Below are positions 11,210-24,521 of a stretch of 64,000 nt of DNA, piece by piece. Numbering within the stretch: position 1 is the stretch's first letter; each line of letters begins with the position of its first letter. This DNA comes from Guillardia theta CCMP2712 (taxonomy: Eukaryota; Protista; Cryptophyta). The stretch spans positions 75,330 through 139,329 of the forward strand of contig NW_005434589.1 of the NCBI RefSeq assembly GCF_000315625.1. The letters run 5' to 3'. Made by a program: the position numbers and the translations under genes. Below the pieces are notes generated by a model. The model was given only the letters and a program-made list of their open reading frames with translations. It ran no database searches and was not told the DNA's origin.

Positions 11210-11640
11210 TCTGAGGGCCGACTCGGAGTCCGATCCGGGCCGCAGGGCGGCCGGGCCCGGGGCCGGGCCGAACCGTTCACTGAAGCCTGCCAACACTGTC
11301 ACGGTGACACGTGGGCTCGTGACTGACCAACACAGACTTGTCCGGCGGAAATTCCCAGTCCCCGGAGCTGCTGACTTAGGGTGAACTTAGCGGCGGCCCC
11401 CAGGCTCGTTGGCCCAATGGGCCCGGGCCGGGCCTCTGAGTCCGATCTCACTGAGTCACCGGGCCTTGAAGGCCCTGGCCGCGCAGCAACGGACGGCGGC
11501 GCCGGGGCCGGGGCCTTTTGCCATGATTGAACTTTAGAAGGTTATGAGCCTCATAGCAGTCTCCTGTACGGTACTTGAGGTGTCATCCGGCAACTGAAGC
11601 CAGACCGTTCGAGGTTGGGTGGCCCGGGGGGTCGATGGGA
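11210..11640. promoter_or_regulatory. GC-rich CCGG/GGCCC patch in the divergent FEN1 / Mid1-like intergenic region
   Basis: Dense GGCCGGGCCC, GGCCCGG and ACTC/GAGT motifs. The same patch type recurs upstream of several other genes. Confidence 0.5.
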
Positions 11641-11822
11641 TCATGATGAAGGGGTGGGGGTAGTTAGACCAGGGTCAGGAAGGGAGCGTATCAGGTAGAA
11701 ATGGGGGTAGTCGAGGTCAATATGAAAAATTGATGACGGGGTCATGGGTGGTGAATATAGCACTGTACCTCCTCCCTGTAACGAGGGCCCGGTGGGTGGT
11801 GGTGAAAGGGTGAAGGTCGATC

Positions 11823-13009
11823 ATGGCGGTGGCGGCGAGACGGTTGACATTGCGAGGAGGAGGTGAGGGAGGCGTTGATGATGGATATGGATCGAGCTCC
11901 TGTCAGTGTCATGCTTCCAGACATGTTGATGGAAACAGAGATGTTGATGTGTGTCTCTGCCACAAGAGGACAAGTAACAGGTCTTGCAGTCCTCCTCGTC
12001 TTGATTGGCATGGCTGAGTCGTACATGACAAATTATGTCTGCAACACTTCATATGAGCTGGTCGAGAAGCAAAATCTGTCACGAACAGCGGAACCTGGCA
12101 AGGTCCTAAAAGATTTCTTCTCGTTGTCTGTTTCTTACATCCAGTTGTAAGGTTGAATTTTTCTGCAAAGACTATGTGAATTATACTGCGGTCTGTGATA
12201 CGGGGATCGATCCAAATCTCGGTTTCAATCCCAGTTGCAACAACACCTTTGCCATACAGGTACTTGCTGATGTCGTTGTTCGAGACCTGCTGAGTGCTGA
12301 TTGAATGTACTCTTATCAAGGTGTTTGCAAACCTTCAGCGAGCCCTCAGCGTCTACAGCTGCAGGGAGTATAGTCGTATCTGGACATGCGACAATTGTCG
12401 ATCAATTGAAACAATCAATGTCAAGCACGTTGACACTTCTGCAGGTTCTGCTGCATACAAGCGATGGCTCTGTGCCTCAATGTAAGTTTTCAGTTCACCT
12501 CCTGTCTTGCCTTTGATTGCCGAAATAGTTATCGCAAATGTGCTTGGGAGGATCCCTCCCTTCCCGGCCACCAGTGTCCTACCAACTTCACCAGGACTAA
12601 CTATCAAGCAATTCCGGACTGTGTTGTTAAAACATGCCAAGATGTCTGCTACGATGTGAGTTGATGCAAGTCGTGAACTTATTGCGCGATAACGTGCTGA
12701 GGATCCAGGTTGTGAGAAAATGCCCTGTAAACCTGGGCTTTCAATGTCCTCCCGTCAACGACATTCGAGAATACGATGTTTCTAATTGTGAGATTGTCAT
12801 TCAGTTTAACCAGAAGCAGTTTGATAGCGCTGCAGGTAACAACCTTGAAAGACCTTCGACTTCACTTTCAAGCAGAAAAAAACGCGGCTCGATATGGGTA
12901 TCATAAATTTTGCCCACTTTCAATGTCGAACTGAGGACGATTTGTTGCGCAGGTGGCCACGTTGCTTCTTGTGATGTCACAGATGCTCTCCACGTCCTTT
13001 ACATCATGA
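11823..13009 (+). CDS. Mid1/FAM155 (NALF)-like Cys-rich channel auxiliary subunit; multi-exon
   Basis: Spliced product contains YSRIWTCDNC|SAAYKRWLCASI|YRKC and KTCQDVCYD|VVRKCPVNLGFQCP...SNC|N, matching the Mid1 pattern YSxxxxCxxCxxAYKxWLC...CxxxCxxxxxxCPxxxGFxCP...CN. It has a hydrophobic N-terminal segment (LAVLLVLIGMAES) and C-terminal segment (VATLLLVMSQML). Start codon uncertain. Confidence 0.78.
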
Positions 13010-13154
13010 GGCATCCTCAATCCGATTGGTTTCTCAGGCTCAGGAAAGTGACAGAAATCCTTGCTTTCCAAGGCAACAAACTCTGAACTGTAAATTTACA
13101 TGCTTTTCAATACTATCACACTTATGGTGCCGCTTCTTTTGCCTTCATTTTATT

Positions 13155-15024
13155 CTAATAGTAAAGCTTGATCAATTCATCGGAGACAGCTGAGGGTGTC
13201 AGAACTCCAATGTCAGTTAGCAGTAATGTTATGTGCGATGGCCTGTTAGATGGTCAGGTACGATGTAAGCTGCGGATTTCCTCACGGTGTAAAATCAGAC
13301 GGTGGCTGACGAATCTGAAACCGTGCTCAATGACAACGCACTCGACATCGACTCAGTACCTTGATTCCTTGCTCCACTCTTGGAGTTGGTTCCTGTAACA
13401 GTATCATCAGCGCCTTCATGCCTGTCAGAGGAACGTCCACCTTCTCCGCATCAGGCAAATCCGTTGGGCTCAACGGATAGAGACGACAAAACTTATAGCT
13501 TTCTGATGCGACCTGGGGATGGAGCGTCAAATAGAGCTGTAAAACGAGCAACCGCGATCCATCTTACACAGAATGGTTTCTTCGCTTCCTTTGCTATCGC
13601 AGCAACCTATAACATAGCAATCAAACATGAGCAGAGAGCGGACAAAAAGTTCCGCGCGGACAAGAAGCAGGCACAACCTGAAAAGTTCCAATCTTGTTGA
13701 TAATGCCACCCGATTCGCATACTCCAGCAGCGCCCGTTAATACCATATCCACCTCCTGCAACAACGTCATGATGAATTCAAGTTGTGACTTGCGAGCTCA
13801 CTTGGATCACGTAACCAACTGCCGTGTCCAGGATCATATCGACGGGGATCCCTGCTTCTTGCAGCGTGCTGGCAGTCTTGAAGCCTACGCATTCAACCAT
13901 AGATGAGCGTCGTAGCAGGTGGAGTGAGTGCCATCGACACATCTACCATCGCATTCTGGTTGCCCCTGAGTTACAATCACCTACTCACGTGTCACTTACA
14001 GCAGGCAAAGTAAGAGGGTGACCTTGAATCTCACACCGGATTTCGCAGCATGTTGCAAGCAACCGCAAACAACATTGGAGTAGCCATGCACCAAGATTGC
14101 CATTCCTGACGCAATAAATCACGATATCCAATGCCTCAAGAACAGTATAATCTACCATCTCGAATGAACGGCCTGGCATTCTCCGCAATAACAGCACGAG
14201 ACACATCTGCTTGTTCAGCAAATCGCATACCTCGTTCTGACACGAATGTCCGCGTTCAGTCAAACAGTCCACATAAATCATCACAGCCCGACCTATGAGC
14301 CTCTGCTTGCAGGCTTCGAAGTCTCCAATATCGAGTGCTGTGCGTGTAACGTGCCGAGCGAAGAGCTCGCATGCAGCTGTCAACTGAATCACTTTGGACC
14401 TGATGCCTTGGAGTCAACGGCGAGGTGCGTGCTCAACGCTTGAACCACCTTTGTCCCTCAAACTTCATTTCCTGCAGTTGCTCTTGCGCAGCCTGCGAGA
14501 TAGCACACCAAATGAACGATACAATGAGGCAAGTCCGAAAGAACACCTTTAGCAGGATTTCTAACTCCATAATCGTTGAAGCTCCACTGTTCTTGATCAT
14601 GGTTGTTAGGGCGTGAATGGCTGCTACTGCAATGGCCCCTTTCTCGTTCTTTTCCATCCATCTGCCAAAAAACATCGATTTTCACTCTTTTTGCCACAGC
14701 AAACACAATCATGTCGGTTTCTTCATCAAGAACTGTGAAAACCATCCATATCTGAGACATTCAATGCCGGTGTACACCAACATCACCATCAACAAGCACC
14801 CACTCCTCCACGTGCAAAGAAACCATCTGTAAATCGGTGCAGTCCAATCACAAAGGCACAACTTCGGTAGAGTGATATGGAGAGGTAGGATGCAAAAGAC
14901 AATCAAGAACGAGCAAGACACAGACATCCCAGACGAGTTCCTCCTCCTCCTCCTCGTTCTCCTCCTCCTCCTCCTCCTCCACTCACTCCTTGAAGTTCCT
15001 GACCACCTCAGCCTCCTCCGCCAT
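13155..15024 (-). CDS. EIF2B1: Translation initiation factor eIF2B alpha subunit; multi-exon
   Basis: [13 protein letters not shown]|[45 protein letters not shown] and the C-terminal [25 protein letters not shown]. Confidence 0.9.
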
Positions 15025-15146
15025 ATTCGCTGACGCACGCTGTCCGTTACAAATAGCTTTTGTGTAACAGAAATTCATAATCCGCCTGCGACTACCCCTG
15101 TTTGGATGTGAGTCGAGGGGTGGGTGCAGTGAGTGCGGGAATCAGA
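15025..15146. promoter_or_regulatory. Compact bidirectional promoter between eIF2B-alpha and Bin3/MePCE
   Basis: Only 122 bp separate the inferred divergent ATGs; the interval contains CTACCCC and GGGGTGGG motifs. Confidence 0.5.
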
Positions 15147-17362
15147 ATGCAGGTAACAAAGCGTCTCATGTGGGAAGGGAGCGAGAAGGGAAGAGAGGAG
15201 GAGAGGAGGAGAGGAGGAGAGGAGGAGAGGAGGAGAGGGAACGAGGGGTTTCTCGGGACATCGCTGGGAAGAACAACCGCGCTCGATAACTTGTTATCCT
15301 TCAATCGATTGATTGTGAACTCGGACTGAAATCCTCGGGAAACTCACCCGAAGGCTCGTGCGGAGGGTCGAAACCTGATCCACGGAGATCGATGTTGAGG
15401 AAGGACTCATTCATGGTTTTCAACTTCAGGACAACAGCGGCACGGGCAAGAAGAGGAAACGGCAGCAGACGTCTGACGGGAACACGGCATCTTCTAGCCC
15501 TAAAAGGTCGAATTGAGGATTGGGGATCGATCGATTTTGAGACTCTTTCAGCCCTAGGAAGGAAAGAAAGCTAGACGAGAAGGGAAGAAATCTGCCACGA
15601 AGAGTTTCGAAAAATCCTACATTCCTTGAAGTAATTAGACATTGGGATCTCTCCTCTATTCGCGCCAAGGTGATTCCTCCATTGCCCAGGAACACCGAGA
15701 GAGATATCTGCATGCAGCAGACGAGGGTTCATCAAGAGGTAAACTGCATGTCTTAGCTTACCTCTCATCACTTCTCAACGTACAGGAAGGAAGAAGAAGT
15801 TTATCTATGGAAATTATGATTCCTACTATTCTTATCGAAACCCTGGTGCCTCAGAAGACCCTCGGTTGAAAGTAAGCACAAGTCTTGTGCAACATAGCCT
15901 TTTTACCTGTGCATCACAAGACTCTGGATAAACGATGGTTCCAAGGCAAGAGAGTCCTAGATATTGGTTGCAACAGGTCTATCTCGAATCATTTCCCACC
16001 TTCGACTGACAATAAGAATCTGTTTGTTTCAGTGGTGCAATCACAATCGTGAGTGTTTTTCTTGCTTTATTTTCTTTTTGGTTGGTTCCCTGTGTTGAGG
16101 TTTTCTTTCTTTGCCATGCCAGGAAATCGCTGCAACATTTTCTCCTCGGCACATCATGGGGGTCGACATAGATCCTTCGTTGGTTCAAAAGGTAGCTTGC
16201 TACTGTTGTTGACTCGTTGTTGACGGAATGAATGCCAGGCAAGGGTGAACTTGAAGTGGTCTGCGGTCAAAAGATCGGTGATGACCAGCATCCAGTAAGT
16301 GTGAAATGTCAACTGACAACAGCCCAATGGCTTTCAGGAAGAGTCGTCAAAGATTGAAAATGATGATGATCAGCACAGGCCTGAAACAGAGAGTGCAAAT
16401 GTAAAGCAGGAAAACACCGCTGCTGATCAAAGCAAGCAGCCGAACCAGATATTTCGACCCTTGTCTGTGCAATCACACAAAGTAAACGCCCATCAGTGGT
16501 TTCTATAGTCAGTTCATGACATGCTGAATGATTTGGCAGGGATCCGATGTGCGTGCGAATCGTGGGCCAGTCACGAACAACCTCCCGGATTCAGACACTC
16601 ATCCGTTTGAGTTTCCGTACAATTGTAGGTAATTGAAACGGTATTCAGAGTGGTTCTTCCGTGTTCTCTGACAGTTTCATCAGCTTTCGAAAGGAAGACT
16701 ACACCGAAGATGATGATTATGACTGCATCTATGATACAATAATCTGTCTGAGGTATTTATCGTACATCACTGATTGTGCGTCAAGTATTGCTAAGTGGTC
16801 TACTTGGATAGTGTGACAAAGTGGATACATTTTAATCATGGGGATGGAGGCATTAAGTATACTCTCTTGATGCTTCTCGATTAGATCGTCATGACGACGT
16901 GTTAGGCGCCTCTTTGACAAAGTCTACAAGTCTCTAGCGCCTGGAGGATGTTTTGTCTTGGAAATCCAGGTGAGAATGCAGTCTAAGTTAAGATTTGGTT
17001 GACAAGATTGCCTTCAGGAATGGTCATCGTACAAGAAGAAAAAGAGCCTTACAGAATCGTGATGCCGTTGCTTGTCTTGATACAACCTCTCAGTTTGAAT
17101 CAGATTCAAGAAGAATGTGGCAGCAATCACACTCCGTCCTGAACACTTTCAGGAGTATCTTGTCAAGGTTCGTGTGTACTGGAAAAAACTTTGCTCACAT
17201 CACGTCTAAAACTTCATGCAGAACGTCGGATTTGCGAGTGTAAAGACGCTGCGAGTGCCGGCAGGAGCTAGCGAGGTGAGTGATTTCTACTGCTACTGTT
17301 GTGTTGCTCGGTGACCAGTCTCTCAGGGCTTCCATCGGCCGCTCTTGGCGTTCTTTAAATGA
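15147..17362 (+). CDS. Bin3/MePCE-family RNA methylphosphate capping methyltransferase; multi-exon
   Basis: [34 protein letters not shown]|[15 protein letters not shown]|[21 protein letters not shown]|[20 protein letters not shown]; NLS-like KKRKR near the N-terminus. Confidence 0.88.
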
Positions 17363-18098
17363 CACTTGCTGTCTCTGGGGGATACTTTTGCTTTGTCGGA
17401 GTCAAATAAAGGAATTCATCACACAGCTTCGGTATCGTCCTAGTGTTCATCCCTGGTGTATTGGTTTCCTTTACAAGAGCTGAAGTGCCTTGCTGCACCT
17501 CTAATGAGCTTGAGCCGTTCCCATGTCGATCCTGACGATGCTCGGCGAACCATGGTGAAGTTGAGCTACGCAGACGTAGCCTGATGTTGATTTCTCATTA
17601 CGAGTATGCTGCTAGTTATCAACTTTGACAGGTTACCCCTACTTGCGACTACCCCCCGCCACCTAAATTTTACCTCCAAGTACCCACCCTTTTTCCCAAG
17701 CAAACGGTAGTTCATTACTACCCCTCACCCTCCCACAATTCTCCCGCCCAGGTGTCTCCCTTCCCCATGCACATGGTCCTTCTGTGCCGCCGGGCTCTCT
17801 GCCATGCCTGAGCCAGCGCTCGCGGCTTGGAAGGAAGCGGCAGAGAAGCAGGAGGATACGGGAAGCTGCCTGCTGCAGTCCTCGTATCCCCGTGGGGGTA
17901 GAGACAGGCAAACAAGGATATTGGCATAGAGAGCCGGAGAGACAAGCAGGCAGGCAGCGACAGGGGTGGAAGAGAAAGAAAGTCAGGATGCGAAACGACA
18001 TGGAAAAAGAGATGATGATGGCGATGTATTACTGTCAACACTTGTAGGGACAAGTTTGAGTTGTTTTGTTACCGTCCGTTCAGTTATCAAGCTCAATC

Positions 18099-19807
18099 AT
18101 GAGCGCGAGCTCTTCCTTCCGTTCTGCAGACATCTCAAGTGCTGAGACTTTGCAGGCTAGCTATGATTCTAATGGAAATCAGATTCTCGGGGATCAAGGA
18201 AACATCACGACCTCGATGCTCGTCCTGAGCATGTCAGTAGACTCAGACCTCAGGGTCAGAAGGCTTTCAGTCACCAACTCTTCGTCTCGTTCTTCGACAC
18301 ATCTACAACATCTACACGTTGAAGATAACATAGTGGCCGTAGATGGCATTCTTGTCAGAGGCCTGCAAGCTGGAGAGCTGGAGCAACGGCTGAGCAAATC
18401 GTCTGTGATCCTACGAGTTGTACGAGGGCAGATATCAGTGTATGTCTCTTGTAACCTGAAGAGAATCCCTTTGTCATCTGAAGCGCAGCAGACGAGTCAT
18501 GCACAGGGATCTCAGGTTGCAGGGATAGGGATCACTCTGCAGAGAAATGCCGCCAACAACGAAGTGCAGATCTCGCACGTCCATCCAGGTGGACCAGCAA
18601 GCAAGATCGCAGACATCGAGGTCGGAGATCGCGTCTTGGCTGTGGGGGCGCACAAGGTGGACGACCTTGAGATCGAGGAGATACGTCAACTCATCATCGG
18701 CCCTGAGGGGACTGAGATCGACCTCAAGGTGAGCCTTTGAATCGTGTGACAGCTCCACTTAACTTCTGCCGCCTGTCAGCTCGAGCGACAACCGCCGCCG
18801 CCCAGACAGGTCAAGTACAAGTTTCGTGTCAAGATTAGGCGGGGGCTCGTTTTCAGTCAGGATTCAACTGCGCAACAAACTTCACCACGTCTCCCGTCGA
18901 CAATTGATTTGACTGATCAAGAAGAGTCCAACGGAGAGTCTCGCAGGAATATAATTTTGCAATACATCGTGATGTTTCACGATGGCAGCCTTTCACAGCA
19001 ACGAATTTCTATGCAAAAACAAAATCCGTATACTCCAAATCGCAAATCTCCAACCAAGAGGATCAGAAACAAGGCAGAAAAGGGGAAGAATACTTCTGAT
19101 TTCTTGCCATCGGAACCGGTTCGTTTCTACACGACAAACAGCAGAGAATCATCAAGAGAGCCATCCATGGATCAAGGGTCGAGAAACGAGCATGAAACAT
19201 CCTCGAAAGGTCTTGCTTCTGAATGGGACACGATTTTTGCCGACATGGAGCCAGAATCTCTGAACTTGTCATCTTCTATGCAATCAACGTCTTCCCTTCA
19301 ACATTCTGAAGAAATTTTCTGGCCTCATGGCAGATCTGTTTTATTTGCTGATAGGAGACTCGATCCCGGCATCTACGACTCAGAAGATGATTGTGATCAG
19401 GAAGACATGCCAGCAATAGAAGAATCCTTGGACCTTCAATGGGTTCAAGTCGATCAAGATTCGAGCAGGGCAGAAGAGGCCTGTAACTTGCCTTTGACTT
19501 CCACTCATACTGTCCAAGAAGATGTGTCACTTTTCTTCCCGTCATTTGCAACAGGTGATCCACTTTCCACTCAAGATTTTGGGATCGAAAGAAGCAACTT
19601 AGATGACAACGACGCGATCAGCTTCGTCCCAAGAGAACCCGAACTCTACCATGGGCAAACTGACGAAACTCTCGAGAAAGTCACGGAACTTCTTGAGAGG
19701 ATGCAAGCAAAGTTTCAAGATATCGACAATCTGACTCGAAGGGTGAAGGGGACATCTTCCTCCTTGCCGATGTAGATTCGTCACCTGTCTAGCTTCTCTT
19801 CAACTAG
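18099..19807 (+). CDS. Tandem-PDZ-domain protein with long acidic, disordered C-terminal region
   Basis: PDZ motifs DNIVAVDG and AGIGITL...ISHVHPGGPASK...IEVGDRVLAVG...LIIGPEGTEIDL; short introns; stop at 19805-19807. Confidence 0.72.
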
Positions 19808-20143
19808 ACTTAGCAGTGCCATTCAATGTCAAAGATTATTTTATATTGGAAAGGAGAAAGAGATCGAAAGTAGGGAAAGAGGTTCGGATTTTCTCTGATT
19901 CATGTATGATTCTGAGTAAAGGGAAGTATTCTACATCGTTGCGGGGGCACAAGACGAATTTAAACAGAAGAATCGGACCACGACGAATCGCCCTCGTTGC
20001 CTTCATTTTGCTTCACGTTGCTTATCAAAGGTAATTGAATTTCAAAAAAAGGACGGTTGTAACTATTTGCCAAGCATTACATCACATCATCATAGTTTTT
20101 TCACATCACTCACTCGCTTGCTTGTTGCTCGTCTTGGTCATGC

Positions 20144-22126
20144 TCATGATGAGAGAAAGATCCATGGATTGCTCTTGCTACGGTTCCAAAAACAAGAAAG
20201 AGAATGGAGCAATCTGACCAAACAGACATTAGCTTTGAATATCAACTGAGCGACTGTATCACCAAAAGCAGTCTTCGCACGTGAGAGAATCAAATTTCGC
20301 AGAGGCGCACGACCGACATAAATGCGATAGTCTATCACAGCTTCGGTGAAGGCCTCTAGATCATGCTGTCTCAAACTCAGCAGCACGTCGGCTTGCTCTG
20401 CCACTACTTACCCCCATCACAGTGTCGTAACCTACATCTGGAAGAGTAGAACTCGTGGGGATGACTTGGTTACCCGTACAAAATGGCTCTAAATTCAATC
20501 CTGCCGTAAAACATAAGATTTTCGTCAGACTGCACTGTCAAGCATCGACCTTCTGGAATATGAGCGCCTAGCAAAGGATCGCAGATGGAATCGAGAAGAT
20601 GAGAAATCCAACCAGGCATAGCAAATCGCGGCGTCGGAATCAAGAATTGTCCTCGAATGTCGTACTGCGACATTCTCAGGCAAGCCTCAACATGATGTCT
20701 ACTTTCATACTTGCGTGACCAACGGCGATGTTGCAGCAAAGAGCGGGGTGAGGGCTCCGCTTGCTTTGGAACGGTAGAAAGGGATTGCAAAAAAATTGAT
20801 CAGCTTCCCTGCAGCCCCGAAGAAAGGAGGAAAGTATTCGCCTGCAACGCGTGAGTCTCTGAGACTCTCGAATGTCAGACATGGACTACCTTCATGCCGA
20901 AACAAGTCAGATCTGATCACTCCTGGATGAACGCAATTAACGTAAACATTCTCATACATGAGATCGCGGCATAACTGTGCCGAATGAGTTTAGTAGAGTC
21001 CACGATTTCAATCTCCTCACTTTTCTTGTGTACAGCATGAGAGCCAACTTGCTATGACCGTACCATCCCCATCTATCCCTCAGGCTGGTTCCAAGTGAGT
21101 CACACATCACCAAAGTACATGGGTGAACCTTTGATAGTTGGATGGATCATTGATTGTCGTCATGTTCAAGATGACCCCCTGCTTGGGCGCCCATCTGTGT
21201 GCTACAGAACCAACATTGACAACTCTTGATGGAAAATCTGCTGAAGCGGAGCCACGTATTTTCGGAAGCAACAGTGAAGTAAGAAGGTATGGGCCAACGA
21301 AGTTCACTTGAAATGTCTGTTCGATCCCGTCCACCGTCAGTGCATGAGGGGCCAGCATGATGCCAGCATTGTTGATGAGAAGATTGAGCGGCCTCAGTTT
21401 CATGGAATATCTTCTCACAAAATTGCAAACTGAGTCTAGGCTTGACAAGTCCAGCTCCATGAATTCAATCCTAGCGTGACTCCCAACGTCTGAGATGATA
21501 TCATTCACAGCAGAAATCCCTCTCTGCCTGTTTCTGCAGGCAAGTATCACATGCCAACCTTTTGCTGCAAGGATCCGCGACATCTCATACCCTATCCCTG
21601 TGTTCGCTCCTGTTATTATGGCGTAGCGTGGGGGTTCATTCCAGACATCTGCAATGTCCTCCTCTTTGAATTCCATCTCGGGGAAACCAGTCCTGCTGGT
21701 CCCATAAACTCTTTTCGAGGAGTTTGACATTGCTGATACAAAAGTGGGTATCATCAGTGAAAGACCAAGAAACGCGTACAAGATTTCTCTTCTCGTGAAC
21801 GGATAAAGAAGAAGCTTCACGCGGCCCGGTTCACCATCGTCCTGCCTCCAACGCCAGTCCCTCCAGTCCGATCCACCACTTCCATTTCTTCCATCCCCGC
21901 TGTGAGAGCGTAGACTCACACCATAAGCGGTCACTCTATACCTTCTCATGTGCTTTGCAGCCATCGGTAGCAGAACATGTTTGTGGCGCAACAGCTGCGT
22001 TCCTTGGTTCCCTCGACTTGGCATCACAAAAGAGTGAAACCCAAGGCATATCTCAAGAAGAGAGGAGAGGATGAAAACTCTGACTAGCATCGCGTTGCTC
22101 CGCATCTTCACAAGAAACGTCTGCAT
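20144..22126 (-). CDS. Short-chain dehydrogenase/reductase (Tic32/retinol-DH/WWOX-like) with bipartite plastid-type presequence; 3' exons uncertain
   Basis: ITGANTGIG, LDLSSLDSV, LINNAGIM, FQVNFVG, catalytic YGHSK, VHPGVIRS. N-terminal hydrophobic signal LVRVFILSSLLEICLG followed by Phe (FHSF) and a basic Ser/Arg-rich transit-like segment. Confidence 0.85.
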
Positions 22127-22686
22127 GCCTCGCTCTTCAGCCCCATCCCATCGCTCATTATATTATTGCCTCACCGGCCGCAACTGATCGCGACTGATCG
22201 CACTCATCCCCCTCGGCCCCTCAGGCCCGGCCCGGCCCGGCCCGGGCTGTTTGATTTTCAAAACTCGTGGACAGTACTACTGGTTAACTTAACTTTGAGT
22301 AAAGGGTTGACCCTCAGAAACATCCAGTGGGTGGGGTGGGGTAATGATGGAATATGCCATGTGGCGGGGGTAGGGTAGATAGTTCAAGCATGTGATCAAT
22401 TATTTAAGTGATTATTTAAAATTAGAAACCATATCATCTGTTGGAATCTACCTTTTTAAAAATCGCCTCTCTAAGACGGTATGTGCGAGTGGTACTTTAC
22501 TCAAATGGGGTCACCTAGCAATAGAGGGTAGGGTTACCCAAGAAAAATAGGGGTGAAAGCTATGATTTGGCAGGGTACTCTGCGTTTATCTAATCAACAG
22601 GGGTGGATCTGGACAGCAAGAAACCCGGCACTGATGGGGGTAGGGGTGGGTGGGGAAAGGGCGGGAAAGGAGAGGAGCCGAACAGC

Positions 22687-24521
22687 ATGAGCTCGCTGAA
22701 GCTACTGAACCAAGAGGCTGAGCATGCGAAACGCTTCATTGCGCTCGCCATGAACATCAATGCAGCCAAAGGTCTCCAGGAAGTGCTCAAGACCAACCTT
22801 GGGCCCAAGGGAACGCTCAAGATGTTGGTGGGCGGCGCTGGTGATGTAAAGCTCACCAAGGACGGCACGACGCTGTTGCACGAGATGCAAATACAAAACC
22901 CCACAGCTGCTCTCATTGCCAGGACTGCCACTGCACAGGATGATGTCTGTGGTGACGGAACAACTTCCACCGTCATCTTCATCGGCGAACTTCTGAAGCA
23001 GGCGGAGAGGCACCTCAGTGAAGGAGTGCACCCTAGGGTGCTCTGCGATGGCTTTGATATTGCCAAGAAAGAGGCGCTTCAGTTTCTCGAACAAAGAAAA
23101 GTCAAGGTTGGAAGTATCGACAGAGAAGCCTTGAATTGTGTCAGTCGCACTGCCCTTAGAACGAAGCTGCATGAAGAGTTGGCTGATCATATTGGAGATG
23201 TTTGTGTAGACGCTGTGCTTTGTATCAATGACAAGGAATCTGAAGTGCCCATTGACTTGTACATGGTTGAGATCATGCATATGCAACATAAGAATGATCT
23301 GTCGTCAAGATTAGTGAAGGGGCTTGTTCTCGATCATGGTGCAAGACACCCTGACATGCCTAAGTTCGTGAAAAATGCTTACATCTTGGTGTTGAACGTG
23401 GACTTGGAATTCACGAGGTCAGAGGTATCTTCCAACTTCTTCTATTCCAATGCAGACCAACGTGAAAAGTTGGTTGAGTCTGAGCGAAAAGTGGTAGACG
23501 AGAAAGTTAAGAAGATCATCGAGTTCAAGAGGAAAGTGTGTGATGGGAACGACAACTCCTTTGTGCTCATCAACCAGAAAGGAATCGACCCACTCTCTTT
23601 GGACATGCTTGCCAAACAGGGTATTCTGGGGCTCCGTCGATGCAAACGTCGCAACATGGAACGTCTGGCGAAAGCTTGCGGAGGAGAAGCCGTGAACTCG
23701 GTAAGTTGCTCCCTCAGTGACCGAAGTCTCTGATATGAATTCAGGTGGATGATCTTGATGCTTCTTGTCTGGGTTATGCCGGTAGGGTGTATGAAGAAAC
23801 GCTGGGAGAGGAGAAATATACTTTCGTGGAGGAGTGCAAGAATCCGCATTCGTGCACTGTGTTGATTAAGGGACCAAACAAGCATACCATTGAACAGATT
23901 AAGGATGCTGTGAGTCGGTTTCAATTTATTTTATTCAACAGATAATGTCATTCCAGGTACGCGACGGCTTGCGAGCAGTCAAAAACACGATCGAGGATGA
24001 TTGCCTCATACCCGGTGCTGGATCATTCGAAGTAGCACTCAGTCAACATTTGAAAGAACATAGCAAATCAGTTCAGGGACGTGCAAAACTCGGCGTACAG
24101 GTGCTCAGACTATACAAACTTCTCAGTGTAAAGAATTCGCAGGCATTTGCAGAAGCTCTTTTGGTGATTCCTAAGACTCTGGCATTCAATGCTGGACAGG
24201 ATGCGATGGATGCTCTGATCAATGTACAAGACGCTCAAATGAGCGGATTGGTGAGAATTTCCTTCAAGGACGGAATGTTCCTGATGCAGAGTATTCCAGG
24301 TTGCTGGGATTGATATTTCGAGCGGAGAAGCATGCTCACCCGAAGACATTGGAGTTTTTGACAACTATCGCGTCAAGAAGCAAATGATGCAGTCAGCAGG
24401 TAGGCCTTTGTCCTCGCAGAACTGAATGCTTCTCACTTCTCTGTTAGGCATCATCGCTTCCCAGCTTATCCTGGTGGATGAGATCATGCGTGCAGGCGTT
24501 GCTGCCGGCAAGAGAGGGTGA
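22687..24521 (+). CDS. CCT6: T-complex protein 1 subunit zeta
   Basis: [56 protein letters not shown]. Introns 23701-23744, 23910-23956, 24101-24142, 24251-24299 and about 24400-24448. Confidence 0.97.

Noticed and set aside
1-13009. Functional cluster of the cation channel and the Mid1-like gene
   Set aside because: They are separated by unrelated genes, and Mid1/FAM155 partners are four-domain channels rather than CNBD channels; proximity is probably chance.
22603-22686. Gly-rich N-terminal extension on CCT6
   Set aside because: It starts at GTG within the G-rich promoter motifs; the family-typical start is ATG 22687.
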